From Macrostomum lignano (Eukaryota), in contig NIVC01003185.1 of assembly GCA_002269645.1 (NCBI GenBank), positions 1-64,000 on the forward strand: a stretch of 64,000 nt of DNA, given 5' to 3'. The position numbers were made by a program, and so were the translations under genes. Below the pieces are notes generated by a model, which was not told the DNA's origin, ran no database searches, and saw only the letters and a list, made by a program, of their open reading frames with translations. Shown one piece after another: positions 44,816-56,700 of the stretch; positions within the stretch are counted from its first letter, which is position 1; every line of letters starts with the position of its first letter.

Positions 44816-47800
44816 TCACAATCGGTCGTCGCCTCCGCCGCTGCCGCCTCGACCAATTCGAGCCGCGAGTTTCTCGGCGGCCGCTTTTCGTCGACGCTTG
44901 TTCATCGGATTGCGCGGATCTTCGAGCTCGTAGCGATCCGGCGCTGACGCCGTGGCAGCGTCGGCCGGGTCCAGCACGCGCCTAGCTGACGGCCCCGACT
45001 CCGGCTGGAACACGTGACTAAACAGGGACGAAGAGGCATCTTTCTTGACATCATCGTCTTTGCCTTTGTCATCATCATCCTCCTCGCCATCATTCTTGGC
45101 CAGTCGAGCAGCAAATTTGGCGAACATTTTCAGTGTGGCCGCTTCCCTGTTTGAAATCGGCAGGGCTTGAAATTATCCTCACGGATAAGTCATTTCATGC
45201 TTCGAATTCACATTCATTTGGGGCAATATTGTTCATGAGGCACAATGCATCTCAGTGAGTGTACATGCCTAACGATTAGAAAGTCAAAGGGTTTCCTCTG
45301 TACCCTCTGTGAGCGTGTGTATTACGAGCGTAGTGTGTGCCTGTGTACAGTATTGGCGTCCTGCTGTCACCGATTTAAGAACTTGTGATACAGCCTAATT
45401 GAAGTAAAGCCTTTTAACCTAAGTAGTAAAGTACATTCGCAGAATCACTAGCAGCAGATGTAAACTGCATCACCTAGCCGCTTTGGCGTCCTCCCTGCTG
45501 ACGGCCGCTGCTCTGTCAACGCCGAGCTCTTCGGTGCCCGGATGTCGCCGACGCTTCAATCGAATCATCGATGACGGCTTGTCGTCATCATCGGCGGTGT
45601 TTGAACTGGTTCTGTCGGCGACAGGGGCTGCGTTGACTTCGGGCGAGAACGTTGGGGCGGCGGTTTTGTGCAGAGCTCGGCGCATTTTGGCCACCTCGAG
45701 TTTCAGCTTGGCCAGCCGCGAGTCCCGAGTCTCGTCCTCGGCGGCTGAACTGGCTGTTGCTGGCGCGGCGCCGTCGCCAGCGGATGATGCAGCGGGGGTA
45801 GCGGCAGTGGAGTCAGCGTCGGCCGTCGCCTGAGTCTGCGCCGGGTTTTGACACAAAACCGGATAAGTTTTAAGTAGCTGCGGGCTCTGGCGATCTCAGC
45901 CAGGAGGGGGCGCCAGCTACAGAGGGGGCGCCAGCTACAGAGGGGGCGCCAGCTACAGAGGGGGCGCCAGCTACAGAGGGGGCGCCAGCTACGGAGGGGG
46001 CCCCAGCTACAGAGGGCACACCAGCTACAGAGGGGGCGCCAGCTACAGAGGGGGGCGTCAGCTACAAAGGAAGCGCCAGCTTCAGAGGGGGCGCCAGCTA
46101 CAGAGGGAGCGCCAGCTACAGAGGCGGCGCCAGCTACAGAGGGCACACCAGCTACAGAGGGGGCGCCAGCTACAGAGGGCACACCAGCTACAGAGGGGGC
46201 GCCAGCTACAGAGGAGGCGCCAGCTACAGAGGGGGCGCCAGCTACAGAGGGCACACCAGCTACAGAGGGGGCGCCAGCTACAGAGGAGGCGCCAGCTACA
46301 GAGAGGGTGCCAGCTACAGAGGGCACACCAGCTACAGAGGGGGCGCCAGCTACAGAGGAGGCGCCAGCTACAGAGGGGGTGCCAGCTACAGAGGGGACGC
46401 CAGCTACAGAGGGCACACCAGCTACAGAGGGCGCGCCAGCTACAGAGGGCACACCAGCTACAGAGGGGGCGCCAGCTACAGAGGAGGCGCCAGCTACAGA
46501 AGGGGTGCCAGCTACAGAGGGCACACCAGCTACAGAGGGGGCGCCAGCTACAGAGGGCACACCAGCTACAGAGGGGGCGCCAGCTACAGAGGAGGCGCCA
46601 GCTACAGAGGAGGCGCCAGCTACAGAGAGGGTGCCAGCTACAGAGGGGGCGCCAGCTACAGAGGGGGCGCCAGCTACAGAGGGGGCGCCAGCTACAGAGG
46701 GCACACCAGCTACAGAGGGGGCGCCAGTTACAGAGGGCACACCAGCTACAGAGGGGGCGCCAGCTACAGAGGGGGCGCCAGCTACAGAGGGCACATCAGC
46801 TACAGAGGGGGCGCCAGCTACAGAGGGGGGCGTCAGCTACAGAGGGGGCGCCAGCTTCAGAGGGGGCGCCAGCTACAGAGGGAGCGCCAGCTACAGAGGC
46901 GGCGCCAGCTACAGAGGGGGCGCCAGCTACAGAGGGAGCGCCAGCTACAGAGGCGGCGCCAGCTACAGAGGGCACACCAGCTACAGAGGGGGCGCCAGCT
47001 ACAGAGGGCACACCAGCTACAGAGGGGGCGCCAGCTACAGAGGGCACACCAGCTACAGAGGGGGCGCCAGCTACAGAGGAGGCGCCAGCTACAGAGGGGG
47101 CGCCAGCTACAGAGGGCACACCAGCTACAGAGGGCACACCAGCTACAGAGGGGGCGCCAGCTACAGAGGAGGCGCCAGCTACAGAGGGGGCGCCAGCGAC
47201 AGAGGGGGCGCCAGCTACAGAGGGGGCGCCAGCTACAGAGGGCACACCAGCTACAGAGGGGGGACAGGAAAAAGCACCAGCATTCTCTCGCTCACCTCTA
47301 CAGGGAGTATGGGAGCAGTCTCCGAGCTCAGGCGTGGATCGTCCAACAAATCATGCGAGCTCATTATTTTCTTCTGTTTCTTCTTCTTTTCATCCTGTGC
47401 TTCGCCATCGGCTTCTTGTTCTTCTTCAATTTCTTCAGCTTCGTCGCCAAATGACAGCAGCGCCAAATTTCTGGTGGCTTTCGCCTCAGATTTCGGCAGC
47501 TTTTTACGCTTATAACCAAAGCCAGACTTGGCGGCCTCGGACTCCTCCTGCTGCTTGAGCTGCTGCTCGTGTTGGCGACGCCGGCGCAATTCCAGCTGCT
47601 CTTCGCGCGGCGCTAAATCCGGGTACGGATTATCGATAACTCGGGCGCTGATGATGCGCTGCGGATTCAACGGTCGCTCCTGCTGGTCGGTTTCGCATTC
47701 AGCTAAGCGTAGCATGTTGAATAGGGAGTTGCCGACCACCTGCGAGCGGCAACTAATGCATTATCTATCGATTTGGCGGCAAGAATTTTAATACCAAAGT

Positions 47801-50391
47801 TTATTAGGTACAGGGAGTTAAGTCTCACCTGCGGAGCTTAAATATGGCACTTTTACTTAAGTCTCACCTGCGGAGCTTAAATATGGCACTTTTACTTAAG
47901 TCTCACCTGCGGAGCTTAAATATGGCACTGTTACTTAAGTCTCACCTGCGGAGCTTAAATATGGCACTTTTACTTAAGTCTCACCTGCGGAGCTTAAATA
48001 TGGCACTTTTACTCAAGTCTCACATGCGGAGCTTAAATATGACACTTTTACTTAAGTCTCACCTGCGGAGCTTAAATATGGCACTTTTACTTAAGTCTCA
48101 CCTGTGGAGCTTAAATATTGCACTTTTACTTAAGTCTCACCTGCAGAGCTTAAATATGGCACTTTTACTTAAGTCTCACCTGCGGAGCTTAAATATGGCA
48201 CTTTTACTTAAGTCTCACCTGTGGAGCTTAAATATGGCACTTTTACTTAAGTCTCACCTGCAGAGCTTAAATATGGCACTTTTACTTAAGTCTCACCTGC
48301 AGAGCTTAAATATGGCACTTTTACTTAAGTCTCACCTGCAGAGCTTAAATATGGCACTTTTACTTAAGTCTCACCTGTGGAGCTTAAATATGGCACTTTT
48401 ACTTAAGTCTCACCTGCAGAGCTTAAATATAGCACTTTTACTTAAGTCTCACCTGCAGAGCTTAAATATGGCACTTTTACTTAAGTCTCACCTGTGGAAA
48501 CACTGAGTTGCATCTAAAGTGCATCTGCGTCACTTGATGAAGTAGAATCGCATTTCGCATTTAAAACAACTCTATTTAGTCTACTTGAGTTAGTAGAAAG
48601 TTAAGCGCTAACACAACACGACTCTTGGATGAATTTTCTCGCACCTGTCCAAAAATAGTATTGTGCTTCTCCAACTCCGGAGTGGCTGCCAGTGTAAAAA
48701 AGAACTGACTGCCATTCTGGCCAGGCTGCAGACAGGCCATGCCAACCAGTCCGCGCCGATTGAATCGCAGCCGCGAGTGCAGCTCCAGCCCGAACGGTTT
48801 GCCGAACACGCTGTCGCCGCCTTCCCCGGTGCCGGTTGGATCGCCGCCCTAACAGAGAGTTGAAGAATTTTGGTATTGAAATAAATAGCAACGTGGCAGT
48901 GCGGAATTTCCTGTGATGTTCTCGCCACCTTCCTTTTGCTAGGTTGTATCTTATCTCAGTGTACCATGAATCCATGAATCCTATCTCTCTCCTCATGAAT
49001 CTTATCCCTCTTTCCATGAATCCTATTTCTCTCCTCATAAATCTTATCCCTCTTTCCATGAATCCTATCTCTCTCCTCATGAATCTTATCCCTCTTTCCA
49101 TGAATCCTCTCTCTCCTCATGAATCTTATCCCTCTTTCCATGAATCCTATTTCTCTCCTCATGAATCTTATCCCTCTTTCCATGAATCCTATCTCTCTCC
49201 TCATGAATCTTATCCCTCTTTCCATGAATCCTATTTCTCTCCTCATGAATCTTATCCCTCTTTCCATGAATCCTATCTCTCTCCTCATGAATCTTATCCC
49301 TCTTTCCATGAATCCTCTCTCTCCTCATGAATCTTATCCCTCTTTCCATGAATCCTATTTCTCTCCTCATGAATCTTAACCCTCTTTCCATGAATCCTAT
49401 CTCTCTCCTCATGAATCTTATCCCTCTTTCCATGAATCCTGTCTCTCTCCTCATGAATCTTATCCCTCTTTCCATGAATCCTATCTCTCTCCTCATGAAT
49501 CTTATCCCTCTTTCCATGAATCCTATCTCTCTCCTCATGAATCTTATCCCTCTTTCCATGAATCCTATCTCTCTCCTCATGAATCTTATCCCTCTTTCCA
49601 TGAATCCTATCTCTCTCCTCATGAATCTTATCCCTCTTTCCATGAATCCTATTTCTCTCCTCATGAATCTTATCCCTCTTTCCATGAATCCTATCTCTCT
49701 CCTCATGAATCTTATCCCTCTTTCCATGAATCCTATTTCTCTCCTCATGAATCTTATCCCTCTTTCCATGAATCCTATTTCTCTCCTCATGAATCTTATC
49801 CCTCTTTCCATGAATCCTATTTCTCTTCTCATGAATCTTATCCCTCTTTCTATGAATCCTATCTCTCCTCATGAATCTTATCTCACTCACTGGAATCTTA
49901 TCTTGCTCCCCATGAATCATATCTCTCTTTCCATGAATCCTATCTCTCTCCTCATGAATCTTATCCCTCTTTCCATCAATCCTATCTCTCTTTCCTTGAA
50001 TTCTATTTCTCTCCCCATGAATCTAATCTCACTCAGTGGAATCGTATATCACTCCCTTAAATCTTTTCTGATTCACCTGCATCTTATTCGAGTCTAGTTT
50101 AACAAATTATAAGCAGTCATATAACAAATTATCTCAGTTATGCCTTGATTTTACATAGTGCAACATTTCAGTCAAAATCGAAGCCAATCAGCTACTCACC
50201 TGCACAATAAAATCCTTCACAACGCGATGAAACAAAGTGTCGTCATAGTAACCTTCCATGCATAATTGTAAAAAATTTCTACAAGCTTTCGGCGCCTCTT
50301 TCGACCAGAGCTCGATGTCGATGTTGCCTACGGTGGTCTGCAGGAGTACCCGGCCATTCGTTGGCGGCTCGAGCACGTAGATTGAGCTCAT
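44816..50391 (-). CDS. CWC27: Spliceosomal cyclophilin CWC27: exons 50391-50200, 48848-48645, 47739-47296, 45835-45474, 45146-44816 (510 aa)
   Basis: MSSIYVLEPPTNGRVLLQTTVGNIDIELWSKEAPKACRNFLQLC, GGDPTGTGEGG, HSRLRFNRRGLV, NGSQFFFTL, NLALLSFGDEAEE, SSHDLLDDPRLS, DPRNPMNKRRR; consistent splice phases. Confidence 0.95.
45905..47262. repeat. 18-bp GC-rich minisatellite (GCCAGCTACAGAGGGGGC), about 75 copies, CWC27 intron 3
   Basis: Direct periodicity; 6-aa repeats in the ORF track. Confidence 0.95.
47818..48497. repeat. 39-bp minisatellite (TAAGTCTCACCTGCGGAGCTTAAATATGGCACTTTTACT), about 17 copies, CWC27 intron 2
   Basis: Direct periodicity; 13-aa repeats. Confidence 0.95.
48964..49960. repeat. 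42-bp minisatellite made of two 21-bp CATGAATC subunits, CWC27 intron 1
   Basis: Direct periodicity; 14-aa repeats. Confidence 0.95.
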
Positions 50392-50449
50392 GCTGAGCAG
50401 TGACTCTGTGGTAGATTGAAGGTGTCAATTTTGCAAGACTTTAAGTGGG

Positions 50450-51480
50450 GGGTCTAGAGATCTAGAGACTAAAGAAAAGGATCTATATAGATCTAAAAAC
50501 TTAAGTGGGGATCTAGAAATCTATAGAGGCTAATGCGAGGGCTCTAGAGATCTAGAGACTAATGTGAGGAATCTAGATTTTTAGAGACTAATGTGAGGGA
50601 TCTAGAGATCTAGAGGCTAAAATGAGGAATCCAGAGATCTAGAGACTGTGAGGGATCTAGAGATCTAGAGGCTAAAATGAGGAATCCAGAGATCTAGAGA
50701 CTGTGAGGGATCTAGAGATCTAGAGGCTAAAATGAGGAATACAGAGATCTAGAGACTGTGAGGGATCTAGAGATCTAGAGACTAAAATGAGGAATCCAGA
50801 GATCTAGAGACTGTGAGGGATCTAGAGATCTAGAGACTAATGTGAGGGATCTAGAGATCTATAGAGGCTAATGCGAGGGCTCTAGAGATCTAGAGACTAA
50901 TGTGAGGAATCTAGATTTTTAGAGACTAATGTGAGGGATCTAGAGATCTAGAGGCTAAAATGAGGAATCCAGAGATCTAGAGACTGTGAGGGATCTAGAG
51001 ATCTAGAGGCTAAAATGAGGAATACAGAGATCTAGAGACTAATGTGAGGGATCTAGAGATCTAGAGGCTAAAATGAGGAATCCAGAGATCTAGAGACTGT
51101 GAGGGATCTAGAGATCTAGAGGCTAAAATGAGGAATCTAGAGATCTAGAGACTGTGAGGGATCTAGAGATCTAGAGGCTAAAATGAGGAATACAGAGATC
51201 TAGAGACTAATGTGAGGGATCTAGAGATCTAGAGGCTAAAATGAGGGATCTAGAGATCTAGAGACTGTGAGGGATCTGGAGATCTAGAGGCTAAAATGAG
51301 GAATCTAGAGATCTAGAGACTGTGAGGGATCTAGAGATCTAGAGACTAATGTGAGGGATCTAGAGATCTAGAGAGTTGATTGGGGATCAAGAGATCCAGA
51401 GGCTAATGGATCTAGAGATCTAGAGACTTAAGTGTTGAATCTAGATATCTAGAGACTAAAGTGAGAGATCAAGAGATCTA
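50450..51480. repeat. GATCTAGA-rich composite tandem repeat (units about 27-30 bp) immediately upstream of CWC27
   Basis: Alternating GAGGGATCTAGAGATCTAGAGACTAATGT and GAGGAATCCAGAGATCTAGAGACTGT units. Confidence 0.9.
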
Positions 51481-51749
51481 GAGTAAGAGACTAAAACAAA
51501 AAATGTCTTTAGACCTAAAGACTGAAGTGAGATTCCAGAGGCTGAACTGGGTTACCTCATATGGAGATGGAGCATGAGCCCTAGGGATAAAAGTGAAATC
51601 AAAGATCTAATGAAATCCCAGAGACAAGATACAAGCTAAAACTATTAGGGGTATAAGATTTTATAGAAATGAGTGCTTGATTGAATCTGATCTTGATTCA
51701 ATATTTATCTATCATTCATACCTCATAAGTATAAGGACACTGAGTTAAA

Positions 51750-52170
51750 ATCTAGGGATTTAGATTGGATCTAAAGATCAAAATGGAATCTAAAAAAGGA
51801 TTGAGATAGGATCTGAGGATCAAAATGGGACTTAGGGAATTGAGATGAGATCTGAGGATCAAATAAAGGGATTTAGGGAATTGAGATGAGATCTGAGGAT
51901 AAAAAAGGGATTTAGGGAATTGAGATGAGATCTGAGGATCAAAAAAAAGATTTAGGGAATTGAGCTTGAATTTGAGGATCAAATTGGATTTAGGGAATTG
52001 AGATGAGATCTGAGGATCAAAAAAGGGATTTAGGGAATTGAGATGGGATCTGAGGATCAAATGGGATTTAGGGAATTGAGATGGGATCTGAGGATCGAAA
52101 TGGGGTTTAAGGAATTGATATGGGATCTGAAAATCAATATGGGATTTAAAAGGGTTGAGATTAGATCTAG
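51750..52170. repeat. About 40-bp degenerate tandem repeat (GATTTAGGGAATTGAGATGAGATCTGAGGATCAAA..)
   Basis: Visible periodicity with a variable A-run. Confidence 0.85.
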
Positions 52171-53399
52171 GGATCTAGGTGTTCAGATTGAATGCAGGTA
52201 TCAAAATGGGATCAAGGTGGTTGAGATGCGACCTAGATGTCCAACTATGATGGGACTTTAATCGAGGGCTAATTGCTAAACATGTGCTTGTAAAAGCATT
52301 CAAACAAATATATAGTCATATATTTAAATCAAAAAATAAACAAAACATGTACACACATATTATATATTTTTACAATTTCTTGCAGAATAACCGATCAACA
52401 CACATGATTCTTAGATTGGGAATAACTAAATTGATAAACAAAAACAAATTCACAGATAATAATAGCCTACAAATATACCTGTGTAGCACTATAATAGTTA
52501 AATGAGTTACAATGTTAGTTACCGAATGAGCATAAGCATTTAATATTATAAACAAAACTTAAAAACAAATAAAGCTGGTCAAAAAAACGTCAAGATGATG
52601 AAATATCTATTATGAATCAAGGATAATTAATACGCACAGGCAAAACTTCATAGGTCGTAGTTTTGAGCTTAAAAACTAATAGAAAAATATTATTTGAGAA
52701 ACTATTGATTAATAAAGTTTTAAATGCACAACTTAGATACATATAGGTTTAATACGAAACAGAGAACCTTTAAAACTGAATAATTGCTCGAAATTAAGAA
52801 AACGATTTGGTATTCTGGTGAATTAAGTTTACTAGAAAGTTACAATTGGGATTGTAAATAAGTTCTTGCATAGTCATGGAAATAAACAAACCATAACTGC
52901 TAGCTATTGTCAGACACGTTGATAATTTGTCTATGGCCAAGAGCAGTTCTGTGGCAGTGTGGCTTTGATTGGCTTTATTGTCTATGGCCGAGTGCAGTTC
53001 TGTGGCAGTGCAGGACTGCTACAGCAAATGGGGATTCTCCATTTAAAAGCCTAATTATTAGCAACTTCACCGACAATAGTCATCACTACTATTCTATATT
53101 CCTAAGTTGGTCATAAAGAAGCTTATTACAGTATGCGACAGACCTGTAAATTACACCACGGTATATTAAAATTACACCTGGGAACAGGAATTTTAATGAT
53201 CTCGACAACCAAAAGACATTAATAACATTGACATTAATAAGAATTTGCATAAACAACTCGAATAACAGTAGTATGATAGAAATGTGAAACTAATTTTATA
53301 CTTAGTTGCCATTTCCTAATAAAGTAAGCGAACGAGCTCATACACACGCTCACGGGCATGTACACTCGGAGCAGAGTCAGAGAGCTTCAGAAGTATTTT

Positions 53400-53662
53400 A
53401 TAAAAATAATAATTGATTACACCTGTTCAAATGACCAGATGTGCAACCGTCAGCTGAAGAAACCTGAAGACTGCGTACGGCTGTTCAGTCCCTCAATTAC
53501 CCCAGCTAATGCTGGCACCCATTTTACAGCTGGGTGAACTGAAGCAATGCAGAAAGTTAAGTGTTTTGCTCAAGGACATTATAACTTCCGAGTGGGTCGA
53601 GGGAATCGAACCCCCGACCTTTAACCACGAGTCTAACGCTTTAACCACTAGGCTACAACCCC
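53400..53662 (-). mobile_element. CORE-SINE family A copy downstream of CCDC6
   Basis: Reverse strand reads GGGGTTGTAGCCTAGTGGTTAAAGCG...GGTTCGATTCCC, then the CORE-like block and CAGGTGTAATCAATTATT tail shared with the other copies. Confidence 0.85.
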
Positions 53663-53702
53663 TATTTGTTATTCTAAAGCATGATCACCAATAAAAATTC
53701 AA

Positions 53703-56700
53703 TCAAGAACTTCCACCGGAGCAAGAAGGCGACGGAATCAGATTCTGCCTACGCTTCTGACAATGCAAGCACAGCGGCTCCAGCTGCTGTCGCTTTGGCT
53801 CGGTTTCCATAGCAACGCCAGCATCGGAACCGGCGTCAGATTCAGACAGATTCCTAGTGAGTCGATCGCGTTTCAATTCTTCGTCGTCGAGACGCTTACG
53901 AAGGCAGACGTTCTCGGCCTGTAGGCTGCGCTCCTCGTGCACCAATCGGGACATGCTGGCGCGATGACCGGCCTCGGCTGAGTCCAGCTGCTTGCGCAGA
54001 TTGCCCAAATCAGCTTTGAGCTGGCTGATGTTGCTTAGCATGGCTTCGGGGTCGTCTAGGCTGCATTCTACCTGCATTTGTTTGTTTATTGAAAATGTTG
54101 ATATAGAATGGCTTTTAATCGTAAGTTTGAACAATTAACAGGTGGTAGAATGGAAAAATTCAAGCATTTCTATGCGATAATATTGGGAGAATCCCAGCTG
54201 ATAAAATTGGGAGAATCCCAGCTGATAAAATTGGGAGAATCCCAGTCCCAGCTGATAAAATTGGGAAAATTCTAGGTGATAAAATTGGGGGAATCCCAGC
54301 CGATAAAATTCGGATAATCCCAGTCCCAGCTGATAAAATTGGGAGATTCCTAGGTGATAAAATTGGGAGATTTCTAGGTGATAAAATTGGGAGATTCCTA
54401 GGTGATAAAATTGGGAGATTCCTAGGTGATAAAATTGGGAGATTTCTAGGTGATAAAATTGGGAGATTCCTAGGTGATAAAATTGGGAGATTCCTAGGTG
54501 ATAAAATTGGGAGAATATCAGCTGATAAAATTGGGAGAATCTCAGTCCCAGCTGATAAAATTGGGGAATCCCAGCTGATAAAATTGGGAAAATTCTAGGT
54601 GATAAAATTGGGGGAATCCCAGCCGATAAAATTGGGAGAATCCTAGGTGATAAAATTGGGAGAATCCTAGGTGATAAAATTGGGGGAATCCCAGCTGATA
54701 AAATTGGGAAAATTCTAGGTGATAAAATTGGGGGAATCCCAGCCGATAAAATTGGGAGAATCCTAGGTGATAAAATTGGGAGAATCCTAGGTGATAAAAT
54801 TGGGGGAATCCCAGCCGATAAAATTGAGAGAATCCTAGGTGATAAAATTGGGGAAATCCCAGCTGATAAAATTGGGAGAATCCCAGCTGATAAAATTGGG
54901 AGAATCCTAGGTGATAAAATTGGGGGAATCCCAGCTGACAAAATTGGGAGATTCCTAGGTGATAAAATTGGGAGATTTCTAGGTGATAAAATTGGGAGAT
55001 TCCTAAGTGATAAAATTGGGAGATTCCTAGGTGATAAAATTGGGGAATCCCAGCCGATAAAATTGGGAGAATCCTAGGTGATAAAATTGGGAGAATCCTA
55101 GGTGATAAAATTGGGGGAATCCCAGCTGACAAAATTGGGAGATTCCTAGGTGATAAAATTGGGAGATTTCTAGGTGATAAAATTGGGAGATTCCTAGGTG
55201 ATAAAATTGGGAGATTTCTAGGTGATAAAATTGGGAGATTCCTAAGTGATAAAATTGGGAGATTCCTAGGTGATAAAATTGGGAGAATATCAGCTGATAA
55301 AATTGGGAGAATCCCAGTCCCAGCTGATAAAATTGGGGAATCCCAGCTGATAAAATTGGGAAAATTCTAGGTGATAAAATTGGGGGAATCCCAGCCGATA
55401 AAAATGGGAGAATCCTAGGTGATAAAATTGGGAGAATCCTAGGTGATAAAATTGGGGGAATCCCAGCCGATAAAATTGGGAGAATCCTAGGTGATAAAAT
55501 TGGGAGAATCCTAGGTGATAAAATTGGGGAAATCCCAGCTGATAAAATTGGGAGAATCCTAGGTGATAAAATTGGGGAAATCCCAGCTGATAAAATTGGG
55601 AGAATCCTAGGTGATAAAATTGGGGAAATCCCAGCTGATAAAATTGGGAGAATCCTAGGTGATAAAATTGGGGAAATCCCAGCTGATAAAATTGGGAAAA
55701 TTCTAGGTGATAAAATTGGGGGAATCCCAGCCGATAAAATTGGGAGAATCCTAGGTGATAAAATTGGGAGAATCCTAGGTGATAAAATTGGGGGAATCCC
55801 AGCCGATAAAATTGAGAGAATCCTAGGTGATAAAATTGGGGAAATCCCAGCTGATAAAATTGGGAGAATCCCAGCTGATAAAATTGGGAGAATCCTAGGT
55901 GATAAAATTGGGGGAATCCCAGCTGACAAAATTGGGAGATTCCTAGGTGATAAAATTGGGAGATTTCTAGGTGATAAAATTGGGAGATTCCTAAGTGATA
56001 AAATTGGGAGATTCCTAGGTGATAAAATTGGGGGAATCCCAGCCGATAAAATTGGGAGAATCCTAGGTGATAAAATTGGGAGAATCCTAGGTGATAAAAT
56101 TGGGGGAATCCCAGCTGACAAAATTGGGAGATTCCTAGGTGATAAAATTGGGAGATTTCTAGGTGATAAAATTGGGAGATTCCTAGGTGATAAAATTGGG
56201 AGATTTCTAGGTGATAAAATTGGGAGATTCCTAAGTGATAAAATTGGGAGATTCCTAGGTGATAAAATTGGGAGAATATCAGCTGATAAAATTGGGAGAA
56301 TCCCAGTCCCAGCTGATAAAATTGGGGAATCCCAGCTGATAAAATTGGGAAAATTCTAGGTGATAAAATTGGGGGAATCCCAGCCGATAAAATTGGGAGA
56401 ATCCTAGGTGATAAAATTGGGAGAATCCTAGGTGATAAAATTGGGGGAATCCCAGCCGATAAAATTGGGAGAATCCTAGGTGATAAAATTGGGAGAATCC
56501 TAGGTGATAAAATTGGGGAAATCCCAGCTGATAAAATTGGGAGAATCCTAGGTGATAAAATTGGGGAAATCCCAGCTGATAAAATTGGGAGAATCCTAGG
56601 TGATAAAATTGGGGGAATCCCAGCTGATAAAATTGGGAGAATCCCAGCTGATAAAATTGGGGAATCCCAGCCGATAAAATTGGCAGAATCCCAGTTCCTG

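Noticed and set aside
45703-47515. Long ORFs of PSVAGA / PATEGA / GGASYR repeats resembling structural or mucin-like proteins
   Set aside because: They are readings of the 18-bp array inside CWC27 intron 3, open on both strands because the unit is a stop-free multiple of 3.
53590-53662. tRNA gene candidates (also 23125-23197 and 15198-15270)
   Set aside because: Imperfect stems, anticodon loops that differ between copies, and continuation into a shared SINE body and tail. These are SINE heads.
47844-56121. Other periodic ORFs ([35 protein letters not shown])
   Set aside because: They are confined to intronic tandem arrays, with no unique coding flanks.
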